From NCBI GenBank assembly GCA_017436675.1, contig JAFSCS010000001.1, positions 9,472-73,471 on the forward strand: a stretch of 64,000 bases of DNA, written 5' to 3'. A model generated the notes under the pieces. That model had not been told where the DNA came from. It made no database searches and worked only from the letters and a program-made list of their open reading frames with translations. Each line of letters opens with the position of its first letter. Positions within the stretch are counted from its first letter, which is position 1. Origin of the DNA: Clostridia bacterium (lineage in GTDB: Bacteria > Bacillota > Clostridia > Oscillospirales > CAG-382). The position numbers were made by a program, and so were the translations under genes. Shown here piece after piece: positions 1 to 9,500 of the stretch.

Positions 1-2
1 AA

Positions 3-2585
3 TTTAAGCCCGAGGACGACGTTGTTTATGCGCTCAAGGCTACAAAAGGCGACAAAACGAAGAACGTTTACGTTGTTGCGAAGGAAAAAACTGCGACTGA
101 ATACGTTCTTTATTACAATGAATTTAACGCCGAGACAGACATCGACGGTTGGAACAAAAGAACTGCTGCGTCTAACTACACAGTTGCTGACGGCAAGCTT
201 ACGCTCAACGGCACGACTTCTAATGCGATCGCTTATCTTCCCGCTTGGATCGCCGATTTCGGTAATTACCGCGTTGACTTCTCCGCTACACAAACTGACG
301 CTGCAGATACTGCACGTTGGATCTCCTTTATCTTCCGTGCGAAGAACGTTACGGCAGGCGGTTCGCCCTACTACCATATGTGTGTTCGTAAGAATATGAC
401 TCAACAAGGCTCTGCTACCACGGGCGGTGTTGAATGCGTTTCGAACACGGGCAGCTGGACGTACTACAAATCCGCGGGATACACGGAAAACATTGATTCC
501 GACACGTTCTACAAATTCTCCGTACTCGTTAAGGATTCCGTTTGTCAATACCAGATCGACGACAACGTCGTTATCCATCTTGACAAGCTCACTGCTATCA
601 ACCCCGACATCACGGGTGGTATCGGTCTTCAAGCGAACCAATCGAAGCTCGTTGTTGACTACATCAAGATCACCATCCAAAAGGATGCTCCCGTATACGT
701 AAAGCCCGAGGTTCCAAAGAATCTTCAATTCGTTGAGCATGCTGACAGCAACATCCTCAACGCACCGACAAACGTTGCTATCGTTGACTCCGCAGAAAAG
801 ATGAACGGGCTTCAAAAATTGACCGTTAAACCGTCTAACGCGATGTTCTATCTCGACAAGGAGCTCAACATTACGGCAAGTGACGGTACCAAGATCGGTA
901 CTATCGACGACGCTATCACGGCTGTCGGCGACAACATCATCCCTGCGTTCTATGTAAAAGACAAGGAAACCGTTACTGCCGCTACAACGAAGCTCAAAGC
1001 TGCGAAGCTTCTCGATGTGCTCTTTATCTCTGCAAATCCCGACGTTTCGATGCAAGCTATGAAAGCTAACGCGCTCTTCCGCGGTGCTGTTGATTTCACG
1101 GCACTTGAAGGTGACACTATCACAAAAGATCAACTTTATAACATTCGCGCTACAACGAGAAAGGCAAAATGCCTCATCGCTATTCTTCCCGCAAAATTCG
1201 CAACGCTTGATAACGTACTTTATCTCGAAGAGCTTGGTCTCACTGTTTGGATCATGGACGACGATCTCGACTCCAAAACTGATGCTGCGCGCTACATCAC
1301 AAGTGGTGCGTACGGTATCATTTCCGACAACCACGAGCTTGTTGCAGACTGTTTCACCTCTCTCTTTATCAGCAACACCTTGACAAAGACACCCGTTATC
1401 ATCGGTCACCGCGGTAACCCCTCACAAGGTCCCGAAAACTCGATCTCCAACTATCTCAAGGCTGTTGAAAACGGCGCGCAAGTTGTTGAAACCGATATTC
1501 GTCCTTCAAAAGACGGCGAGGTCATCGTAATGCACGACGATTCGATCGCAGGTACAACATCCTACAACGGTTCAGCTACTGTTGCTCAAATGACACTTTC
1601 TGAAATCAAGGAATACTTCCTCTGGGGTAGAAATGACCAATACAAAAATTCTCATCCCGATGAAAAGGTTCCGACGTTCGAAGAGATGCTCATCGCGCTC
1701 AAGGACACAGGCGTTAAGATCTTCGTTGAGCTTAAAGGCGGCGATAGCGCATTCGTAAAGAAGGCGATGGAGCTCGTTAAGAAGCACGGCTACGAGGACA
1801 GAGTATTCGTTATCTCCTTCAGCGGATCACTTCTCGAATATACACAACTTCATATGCCCGAAATGGGAACGGGTCTTCTCTCGGCTATCAGTCAATTTGA
1901 GACAGAAGAAGAGATGTATAACTCGCTTTACGGCGCTATGTTGAACTTCCAAGGTTCATACAAATCCACATACAACCCCTCATATGGTGGACTTACACCT
2001 GAGCTTGTTGCCGCACTTCGCGACAGAGGTATAACGATCTGGCCGTGGACATTCAACAACAGCACAAAAACTCAATTCCAAGATGCGTTTCTTGCGAGTG
2101 TTGGCGGTATTACGACAGACACGGCTCAATATTCGAAGAATATGACGAGAAAGGTTTATGCCGACAAATACGACTTTACGTTGAACGTTGGTGAAGAAGC
2201 TACCTTCAATGCTGAGGCTGTTCTTTATGCAGGCACACTCGTTGATATCACGAAGCATCGCTCCGCTTCGATCAAATTCATCGAGGGCGAGGACGTGATC
2301 TCTGTTGAGGACGGCAAGATCACCGCACTCAAGGACGGTACTGCAACGTTTATGATCAGATATAACGTTCGTTCTTCACCGGTTGGACAATACAACCTCT
2401 ACACACAACCGATCACCGTTACCGTAGTTTCGCCCAGTCCTGACGTTTCCGAAACAGTTTCGACTGATGTTTCCGATGGTGGCGACAATGAAAAAGGTCC
2501 TGCTACTTGGATCTATATCGTCGGTGCGGTCGTTGTAGTTGCAGTTGTTGCTGTTGTAGTTGTTGTTTCGAAGAAAAAGAAATAA
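3..2585 (+). CDS. Cell-surface glycerophosphodiester phosphodiesterase (GDPD) multidomain protein; 5' end cut by the window edge
   Basis: Frame 3 is open from base 3, with no stop before the track Met at 378. The upstream translation '...GWNKRTAASNYTVADGKLTLNG...FGNYRVDFSATQT' looks like a LamG/DUF1080 beta-sandwich. Intact GDPD motif 'VIIGHRGNPSQGPENS...ETDIRPSKDGEVIVMHDDS...GGITTD'. An upstream degenerate GDPD-like half ends in 'GAYGIISDN'. A Big_2-like domain follows, then a C-terminal TM helix 'WIYIVGAVVVVAVVAVVVVV' + KKKK. Confidence 0.8.
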   Translation, partial: FKPEDDVVYALKATKGDKTKNVYVVAKEKTATEYVLYYNEFNAETDIDGWNKRTAASNYTVADGKLTLNGTTSNAIAYLPAWIADFGNYRVDFSATQTDAADTARWISFIFRAKNVTAGGSPYYHMCVRKNMTQQGSATTGGVECVSNTGSWTYYKSAGYTENIDSDTFYKFSVLVKDSVCQYQIDDNVVIHLDKLTAINPDITGGIGLQANQSKLVVDYIKITIQKDAPVYVKPEVPKNLQFVEHADSNILNAPTNVAIVDSAEKMNGLQKLTVKPSNAMFYLDKELNITASDGTKIGTIDDAITAVGDNIIPAFYVKDKETVTAATTKLKAAKLLDVLFISANPDVSMQAMKANALFRGAVDFTALEGDTITKDQLYNIRATTRKAKCLIAILPAKFATLDNVLYLEELGLTVWIMDDDLDSKTDAARYITSGAYGIISDNHELVADCFTSLFISNTLTKTPVIIGHRGNPSQGPENSISNYLKAVENGAQVVETDIRPSKDGEVIVMHDDSIAGTTSYNGSATVAQMTLSEIKEYFLWGRNDQYKNSHPDEKVPTFEEMLIALKDTGVKIFVELKGGDSAFVKKAMELVKKHGYEDRVFVISFSGSLLEYTQLHMPEMGTGLLSAISQFETEEEMYNSLYGAMLNFQGSYKSTYNPSYGGLTPELVAALRDRGITIWPWTFNNSTKTQFQDAFLASVGGITTDTAQYSKNMTRKVYADKYDFTLNVGEEATFNAEAVLYAGTLVDITKHRSASIKFIEGEDVISVEDGKITALKDGTATFMIRYNVRSSPVGQYNLYTQPITVTVVSPSPDVSETVSTDVSDGGDNEKGPATWIYIVGAVVVVAVVAVVVVVSKKKK

Positions 2586-2602
2586 TACTTTCCAAAATAT
2601 AT

Positions 2603-2636
2603 AAAAATGCTTCACGAAATCGTGAAGCATTTTTTG
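2603..2636. terminator. Bidirectional intrinsic terminator between convergent genes
   Basis: 10-bp perfect stem ATGCTTCACG / CGTGAAGCAT with loop AAAT, an A-run on the left and a T-run on the right. Confidence 0.7.
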
Positions 2637-2647
2637 TTTTATGTTAT

Positions 2648-4507
2648 TTAGAACAATAATTTCAAGAAAAGTCCGCCTTGGACGGTACGGTTTTGAAATC
2701 CTACCTGATGAGAGGTATCGGCATAGTACCAATCGGTCATCGGAACACGGGTACGCATCGTATTGTATGCGTTCCACAAAAGTGTGCAGAAGAATTCGAA
2801 GTCTTCCCTTTCGTCTGCGAGGCAAGCTGCCCACAAGAGCCAGTCGGATTTCGTGTATTTCTCACGGCTGTCGAGCGCAACTCCGAACGGAAGTGCTTCC
2901 GCCTTGTAGCGAATTATCTCGTTTTTATAGAAGCTGTCGGGAAGGAGATCAGTTTTCCATATCCTATCCCAAACCGAGTTATACTTCAAACTGAAGGTAT
3001 TTTTGAGGTGATATGCAAGGGACGTGCTTCCGTCATCGTTTTTCGCTCTTTCAAGGAACGAATCGGAATATTTCTTCGCGGTCTTCATCAGCTCGTCAGC
3101 CTCATCGTTCCTGCCGAGAGACTTCAATATCCTTGAAAATCCCGCCATACCCATTATTGCCTTCAATGAGAGGTTACAGTTGTGGGGAAGGTGACCGGCG
3201 AAGTCGTCTGTGCAAAGCTGATTTTGGGGATCTTCGCCGAATTTAACAAGGTATTGACACCATTTTTCGAGAAGATCAAGGTTTTCAACTGCGAAATCGA
3301 CGTTTCCGTCCTTTTCACAAATCGTAGCCACAAGTACGATCATATTGCCACATTCTTCAACAGGCATTTGACCTTCTTCACTTCCCGTATTATAGAATTG
3401 ACCGTTGAGAAGCGGATACTGACCGCAATCGTGGGGTGCAAAATCGAAGCTCCAAGCATCTGTACGAGCGAACTCGAACACGGGACGAAGCATTCCTTTC
3501 AGAAGCTCTGTATTATAATAGAGGAACATCGGTGCGCTCGGATAGGTAACGTCAACTGTCGCGGCGCATCCGTTCGAGAAGCACTCCTTCGAGATATAGA
3601 GGTTATTGCCGTTTTTATCTACAGCAAGCTTATGTGCCGACATAACCTGTCTGTATGCAAGCGTCAAAAGCTCGGCATATTTTTCGCCGCCGACCTTTTT
3701 CGCATCCTCGTTCAGCTTTTCGGAAAACTCGGTGCATTTTTTATATAGCTCGTCATATTCGGAATATGCCTCCGAAATAGCCTCCGTTATCGTTTTTCCG
3801 TCCTTCTTCCAATATGCGTCGAGCTGCTCACCGAAATAGGTGATGCTCTTTATATCGTCGTACGCCAAGGCGAAAAGCGCTTCGCCATCAAGCTTCGTTT
3901 CGGCGTAGACGGCGTACATATTCTCGAACACCTCAACGCCTACTTGTCCGTTTGTGTCGGTCGCAAGGTAGAAATATCCCCAATCGATGCGGACGTTATC
4001 ACCGCTGCGCCAAAGCACGTTTTGGATGCCGTTGCCCATTTTTATACAAGCGAGTCCGTCACATTCGACCTTTTCCGATATTGCACGGCTCTCGCCTGCA
4101 CAGTTGAGGCAAAGCTCTTCGCTGCAGGACACCTTTGCCGTTACGTTATGCTCAATTCCGTCGAGGCTTTCGACAGACAGATGGAGATACGTTACGGGAC
4201 GAGACGAAAGATAGAGGTCGGTCGCAAGCACGGGAGAAGTGAATCTCGCAGTCAAGCGGATCTTCTCGGCCTCGAAAACTGCGGTGGTCGTCGTCGCGTT
4301 CATATCGAGCGACGTTTGGTTCATCATTTTTGAGCTTGATCTACCCAAAAATCTGAAGCGTTCGCCGTCAACGGTCACCTCACCGACGATCGCATTTCTT
4401 GCTCCCGTCCAATGTGTCGGGAATTTGTCGTTGAGACGGTCATACGTCCAAACGGAAAAATACGGGTCGATCGCGATAAGCGGTATTGATGGTATCCTCA
4501 TTTTCAT
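2648..4507 (-). CDS. Glutaminase-A-like DUF4965/DUF1793 protein (putative glycoside-hydrolase-like)
   Basis: 619-aa ORF. The blocks 'IPLIAIDPYFSVWTY', 'DWGYFYLA', 'YPSAPMFLYYNTELLKGMLRP', 'FAPHDCGQYP' and 'MPVEECGNM' match my recollection of this family. No signal peptide. Confidence 0.65.
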   Translation of the reverse strand: MKMRIPSIPLIAIDPYFSVWTYDRLNDKFPTHWTGARNAIVGEVTVDGERFRFLGRSSSKMMNQTSLDMNATTTTAVFEAEKIRLTARFTSPVLATDLYLSSRPVTYLHLSVESLDGIEHNVTAKVSCSEELCLNCAGESRAISEKVECDGLACIKMGNGIQNVLWRSGDNVRIDWGYFYLATDTNGQVGVEVFENMYAVYAETKLDGEALFALAYDDIKSITYFGEQLDAYWKKDGKTITEAISEAYSEYDELYKKCTEFSEKLNEDAKKVGGEKYAELLTLAYRQVMSAHKLAVDKNGNNLYISKECFSNGCAATVDVTYPSAPMFLYYNTELLKGMLRPVFEFARTDAWSFDFAPHDCGQYPLLNGQFYNTGSEEGQMPVEECGNMIVLVATICEKDGNVDFAVENLDLLEKWCQYLVKFGEDPQNQLCTDDFAGHLPHNCNLSLKAIMGMAGFSRILKSLGRNDEADELMKTAKKYSDSFLERAKNDDGSTSLAYHLKNTFSLKYNSVWDRIWKTDLLPDSFYKNEIIRYKAEALPFGVALDSREKYTKSDWLLWAACLADEREDFEFFCTLLWNAYNTMRTRVPMTDWYYADTSHQVGFQNRTVQGGLFLKLLF

Positions 4508-4636
4508 TTTTTTGCCTCCGATATTGCAATTCTATTATAGTTGTATTATAATAGATTTTGTTTCAAAAAGCAATGTCAAACCGTCAAAAAAACTTGAGAT
4601 TTCTCCGTTTGGCGTATATCATAACAAAGAAAATGG

Positions 4637-5032
4637 CTATTGCTCCGTGACGAGCCTTACACCGAGGAGCAATATATTATCATCGACGGACATATCGTTA
4701 CAATACGGACGCTTCAGCTCACAAGGCTGGAGCGTTTTTCCGTTTTGGAGCTTTATCGTTCGGCATACTGTCAAAAGGCAATCGTTGTCTCCGATATACG
4801 AGAGCGACAGCGTGGAGCGGTGATCCATCCCGCACGAGATCACGTTCTCGCAGCTGAGCGCACCGCCGACTGTCGTTGACGTCGGGCATATCACTGTTTT
4901 TGCATACAACGGCTCGCTGAGGTTTATATGCTCCGAGCCGAACACGGCAACGTCACATTCGCTTTCGCCCTCGACCGCGCCCGAAAGACGGCTTTTCAGC
5001 TCGTTTGAGCATTCAAAATATGATGTTTTCAT
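4637..5032 (-). CDS. Hypothetical Cys-rich small protein
   Basis: The track start at 5038 is GTG. The ATG at 5032 is preceded by AGGTG and abuts the stop (5039-5041) of the upstream gene. More than 10 Cys residues; I recognise no family. Confidence 0.45.
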   Translation of the reverse strand: MKTSYFECSNELKSRLSGAVEGESECDVAVFGSEHINLSEPLYAKTVICPTSTTVGGALSCENVISCGMDHRSTLSLSYIGDNDCLLTVCRTIKLQNGKTLQPCELKRPYCNDMSVDDNILLLGVRLVTEQ

Positions 5033-5038
5033 TAACAC

Positions 5039-5758
5039 CTATCCGTTTCCGTGTTGAACGCCAAACACATCGGGCTTCACGTCGACACTATAGAGCATAT
5101 CACGAAGCGGCGTTGCCTCCAGCCCATGCCTTGCCGCCTCCGTAACAAGTGCGACGACTCGAGGTGCGGTGGTCGTATCGATCGCACCGACGTCTACGAT
5201 CGATCCGTTGGAAACGGTTGCCGACGGATCGACCGAGGCGATACCGTACTGACCGTATGCATCAAGGATATGCGTCAAAAGTCCGAGCGACTTTTTTGTC
5301 GAACGAACGTAGCGAGGATATTTTCCGACGTGCTTGAAGAAATCCTCGTTTGCATTCGCCAGCAAGCGAAGCGTTTCGCCGCGGCTGAGATATTCGGTAT
5401 CCTTTTCGATGAGAAGTCCGACCTCGTGGAGTGAGGCTATTTTTTTTGCATTTTCGCTGTTGACCGAATAGAATTTTTCAGAAAGAAAAAAGCAGACGGG
5501 GATCTTCGAGTCGGCGCAAAGCTGACTGAAGCGCATCAGCTCGTCAAGGTGGTTGCCGTCAAGCACGTTGACTGTCAGCGAAAACATATCCTCTCGCTCC
5601 GTCACCGAGGAGATCGGCGACCAAACGAGCTCATAGGCACTCTCGTTTTCACGATACATTCCCATTCCGACAAAACCCAAGACGACTAATATCGCCAATA
5701 TAATCACAGAGGTTCGAAGTTGACGTTTGTTTATCATCGTAATTACCTGCCGAGTCAT
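5039..5758 (-). CDS. Membrane-anchored polysaccharide-deacetylase-like (degenerate NodB) protein
   Basis: N-terminal TM helix 'VIILAILVVLGFVGMGMY'. NodB-like blocks are present but the catalytic motifs are degenerate: 'LTVNVLDG' for TFDDG, 'LHEVGL' for HxxxH, 'YPRYVRS' for RxPY. Confidence 0.4.
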   Translation of the reverse strand: MTRQVITMINKRQLRTSVIILAILVVLGFVGMGMYRENESAYELVWSPISSVTEREDMFSLTVNVLDGNHLDELMRFSQLCADSKIPVCFFLSEKFYSVNSENAKKIASLHEVGLLIEKDTEYLSRGETLRLLANANEDFFKHVGKYPRYVRSTKKSLGLLTHILDAYGQYGIASVDPSATVSNGSIVDVGAIDTTTAPRVVALVTEAARHGLEATPLRDMLYSVDVKPDVFGVQHGNG

Positions 5759-5821
5759 TATTTGTTCACACCATAGTATTCAAAACGATTCGCGAATATT
5801 CCAAAAATCCTACTTGTCCGA

Positions 5822-6367
5822 CTAAAAATCGATCCTGCGCGACAAAAAGTCCGCCGCGGTTTTCAAGACCTTGACCTCCGTTTCGTCGGGCACCTCGCCG
5901 ACCTCGCGGCGAAGCGTTACGACCGCTCCTATCGAGCTTCCGTCGGAAAGTATCGGGCTGAGACACGAGATCACCCTTCCGCTTCCCGAAACGAGCTCTA
6001 TCTCTCCGCGCGGATCGTCGCCGCCGCCGACGTATCCGTTTTTCGACTCGAGGACCTTGACGGTGTCGTTGCTGAGCGGCTTTTCAACAAGCTCACGCTT
6101 CGACACACCAAACGCGGAAACGACAACGTCCTTGTCGCAGATCACGGTCGGGATACCCATGGTGCGATATATCGATTCGGCATATTGATCGGCAAAGGGT
6201 GATATCTCACCGACGGGTGAATATTTTTTGAACACCACTTCTCCGCCGCCTTCGGTGAATATCTCGAGCGGCTCGCCCTCCTTCAGATGCAAGGTGCGGC
6301 GTATCTCCTTCGGGATAACGACTCTTCCGAGATCGTCTATTCTGCGAACGATTCCTGTAGCTTTCAT
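5822..6367 (-). CDS. spoVT: Stage V sporulation protein T, AbrB-family regulator
   Basis: SpoVT/AbrB N-terminus 'MKATGIVRRIDDLGRVVIPKEIRRTLHLKEGEPLEIF' followed by a GAF-like C-terminal domain; 181 aa. Confidence 0.9.
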   Translation of the reverse strand: MKATGIVRRIDDLGRVVIPKEIRRTLHLKEGEPLEIFTEGGGEVVFKKYSPVGEISPFADQYAESIYRTMGIPTVICDKDVVVSAFGVSKRELVEKPLSNDTVKVLESKNGYVGGGDDPRGEIELVSGSGRVISCLSPILSDGSSIGAVVTLRREVGEVPDETEVKVLKTAADFLSRRIDF

Positions 6368-6457
6368 ATATAAAAACTCCTTATTTTACAAATTATGTTG
6401 TTAGTATTTGTATTTTGAGGAAATATATACTGCATAGATTTACTTTTGAAACAAAAT

Positions 6458-6491
6458 ATAAAGCGATGACGAAATTCGTCATCGCTTTTTG
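6458..6491 (-). terminator. Intrinsic terminator after the 1022-aa surface protein gene
   Basis: 11-bp stem AGCGATGACGA / TCGTCATCGCT with loop AAT, flanked by A/T-rich runs on both sides. Confidence 0.6.
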
Positions 6492-6504
6492 TTGTTGATA
6501 TTAT

Positions 6505-9500
6505 TTATCTTTTTCTTTTGAGCCCAACAAGAGCGGTTCCGCTTATGATCAAGAGGATCGACCACCACAAAATTCCGCTTCCCTCACCCGTAGGTGGCGT
6601 TTCGGGGATTTCGGATGTCTCGGGGATTTCGGATGTCTCGGGGGCTTCGGATGTCTCGGGAACTTCGGATGTTTCGGGAACTTCGGATGTTTCGGGGATT
6701 TCGGATGTCTCGGGAACTTCGGATGTCTCGGGGACTTCGGATGTTTCCTTATCCTTGAACGTCACTTCGACAGTCACGTTTTTATCCGTTTGCTCATAAG
6801 TATACGTACCGTCGCCGTTGTCTTTCACGGGGATAACGTTGCCGTCCTCATCCTTGACGATGACCTCGTCTATCTCTTTATCAGAGTCGGGAGTAACTGT
6901 TATCGTGACCTCGTCGCCCGACATGGGATCGTCTTTATCAACGTCGACCGTGCCGCCGCTGACGGTGGGCAAGGTTACAACGTAGCTTCTTTCCGTGACG
7001 TTAAGCAAAATGAGGTCATTTGCCGAAAAATCGTTGTCGCTCTCCAAGCATACACCAATATTTGTGACGTCAGCATTAAGTCCCGCACCTTCCAGAAGCG
7101 CCATCAGTTGTCGATATAACGCCAAGTCGACCGTAATACTGTTGGTAGTGTCGTTCGTAAAATGAATGAAATTTTTTGCAACAGTGCCGTTCGAGTTCAT
7201 AAATACAACCGCCGCTTTTTCACCGCTTAGCTTTCTGCCGTTAGCGGTGATGATCAAGCTATGCTCTTCGTCGATATAGAACGTATTTGTCTCGGAGTCA
7301 TAAGCAGGGCTGTCGGAATTATAGATCACCTCTTCGATCCTCGGGAGTTCCTTTTCGAGCTCGACTTGAAGAACTCCATCTTCCCCAATATTTCCGTCAA
7401 AGGTTATAGTTCCGTCCTCGTTGATAGTGAGCTTCAGTGCTTCAGAAGCAAGATATCCCTCGGGTGCGGATTCATTATGAAGTGTATACTCACCGCTTCC
7501 GATATTCAACACAACGTATACCTCATCTTCGGTCATCCATTCCTCGACGACGTCACCGTTCACGTCACGAAGCTGTATTACTGCATCGGCAAGCTCTTTG
7601 CCTGATACTTTATCTATCACCGTAACACATACAAAATGGCGATTTCGGGCTTCGATATGCACGGGGCCATCCTCATCCTCGATCCATATATCGCCATAGG
7701 AATCTTCCACTACAACGTCGTCCTCAAGCATATTCTCGTCAATATCGATTTCATAGCAAATAATATCTTCGTACTGAGCACCCTCAATATCAAGCGTACC
7801 GCCGAAAATGCGAAGTATATTGCCCCAAATGCCCGCGCCGCCTGCATCGATGAAAATAACGCCGCCGTAAACTGTCATTTCTTCCACGCAGTAAATACCA
7901 TCATAATTACCATCGTCGGCGGATGCCATTATCGTTATGTAACCGTCACAGATCAAAATGTTTCCCATAACGTCAATACCGAAATAATCGGACTCTATCT
8001 TCAAAGTGCCACCGTATATTTCGAGGTCGCCATCAATGTTGAAACCGTCCTCACCTGCATACACCTTTATTGAAGGATTGAAGATCGTCAAGCTTTCGTT
8101 AATATCTAAACCGGTGTCCGCGGAATATATGATCAACTCACCGCTGTGTATCAATACGTCGCCGCTATCCGCATCAATGCCATCGTCACCGATATTTTGT
8201 TGCTCGTTGCCTATCAACAAAGTACCGTTTTTCATAATAATGTCGCCGTCTTGGGAATGGATACCGTCGTTATCCGCAACGATCAAAAGACTGCCGTCGC
8301 CGCAGATAGTAATACCATTCTCGATAGCGATGCCGTCACGTTGTATTTCCGTATTATCAGCAGTGTTGGTAAGGCTATTCTCACCAACAAGCTTCAAGGT
8401 TATATCAACGGTAGCATAGACAGAAGCAGTATACGTATAAAAAGGATCCTTTTTCCATTCCACGCCATCACCGCTATATACGAAATCGTTCAGCTCCAAG
8501 ACGCCGTCCTTGTAATATGCGTAACCGCCCTCGGGACGAGATTCGGTGACGTTTTTGTTTGTATCGATATACTGACCATCCCTCAGACCGATATTACCCA
8601 CGTATACGTCATACGTTTCTTCTTGTTTTAATTCGCAAAGCTCGCAAACACCTTCTTCATCAAAGGTATGTGCTTCATATATTGTGTGTCCGCAAACATT
8701 GCATCCGAACTTGTGATTCACCAGCGTGGCACTGATAAAATACGTATGCTCATGAGGTTCCTTATTATACTCCTGCCCACAGAAGCACTTGTCCCAGTGG
8801 TCTGTCTCATCCCACGCAAAATAATACCTTGGATCACAATTCTCGGTTATTTCTTCTCCGCACTCTAAACAAACGCCTGTATGGGTGCCATCCCCATTGG
8901 GAACAGGGGCGTATATGTTGTGGTCGCAAAGGTTTTGACCGCAATGATCACAGAGATAGTCCGAGTCATCGTCTATACACTTTTCTCGAAGATGAGTCAG
9001 ACATTCGTCACAAACGTGGTCGTCGTTTTCATCAAGACAGAGCCAATACATTAAAGCACCGCATACTTCACAAAGATGGTCTTCGATCTCACCATCGAAG
9101 CAAAGCTCTGTCATTCTATAGTGGCAATCGTCACAAATATGGTCTCCGTTATCTCCGTCACGACACATTTGTTCATTACAAATATCGCAGATCTCATCGT
9201 TGTCGCTGTCTGTATGTCTTTCCACTTCCTGATATCCGCATCCACAGTTTCTGTAGTGCTTACCACCGACATCCGGGAGCCATTCATTCTCATCATGAGG
9301 CATGACCGCCGCCTTGTAGCCACAACCCTTCTCACAAGCTGTCCAATGCTCGTTCTCATCCATTCCCCAAACAAGATCGTGGGATTCGATTATCGTCTCG
9401 CCACAATCGGCACAAGTACCAATATGCTGAGCGGGATTCTCGGTGTTAACGATAAAGCTGATGCTCGGGTGGGTACAAGTGAGCTCTTCAGCTATAGCGG

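Noticed and set aside
22-399. 125-aa plus-strand ORF at the window start.
   Set aside because: It overlaps, out of frame, the open frame-3 reading that continues into the GDPD protein. Its translation is Arg/Leu/Thr-rich and not protein-like.
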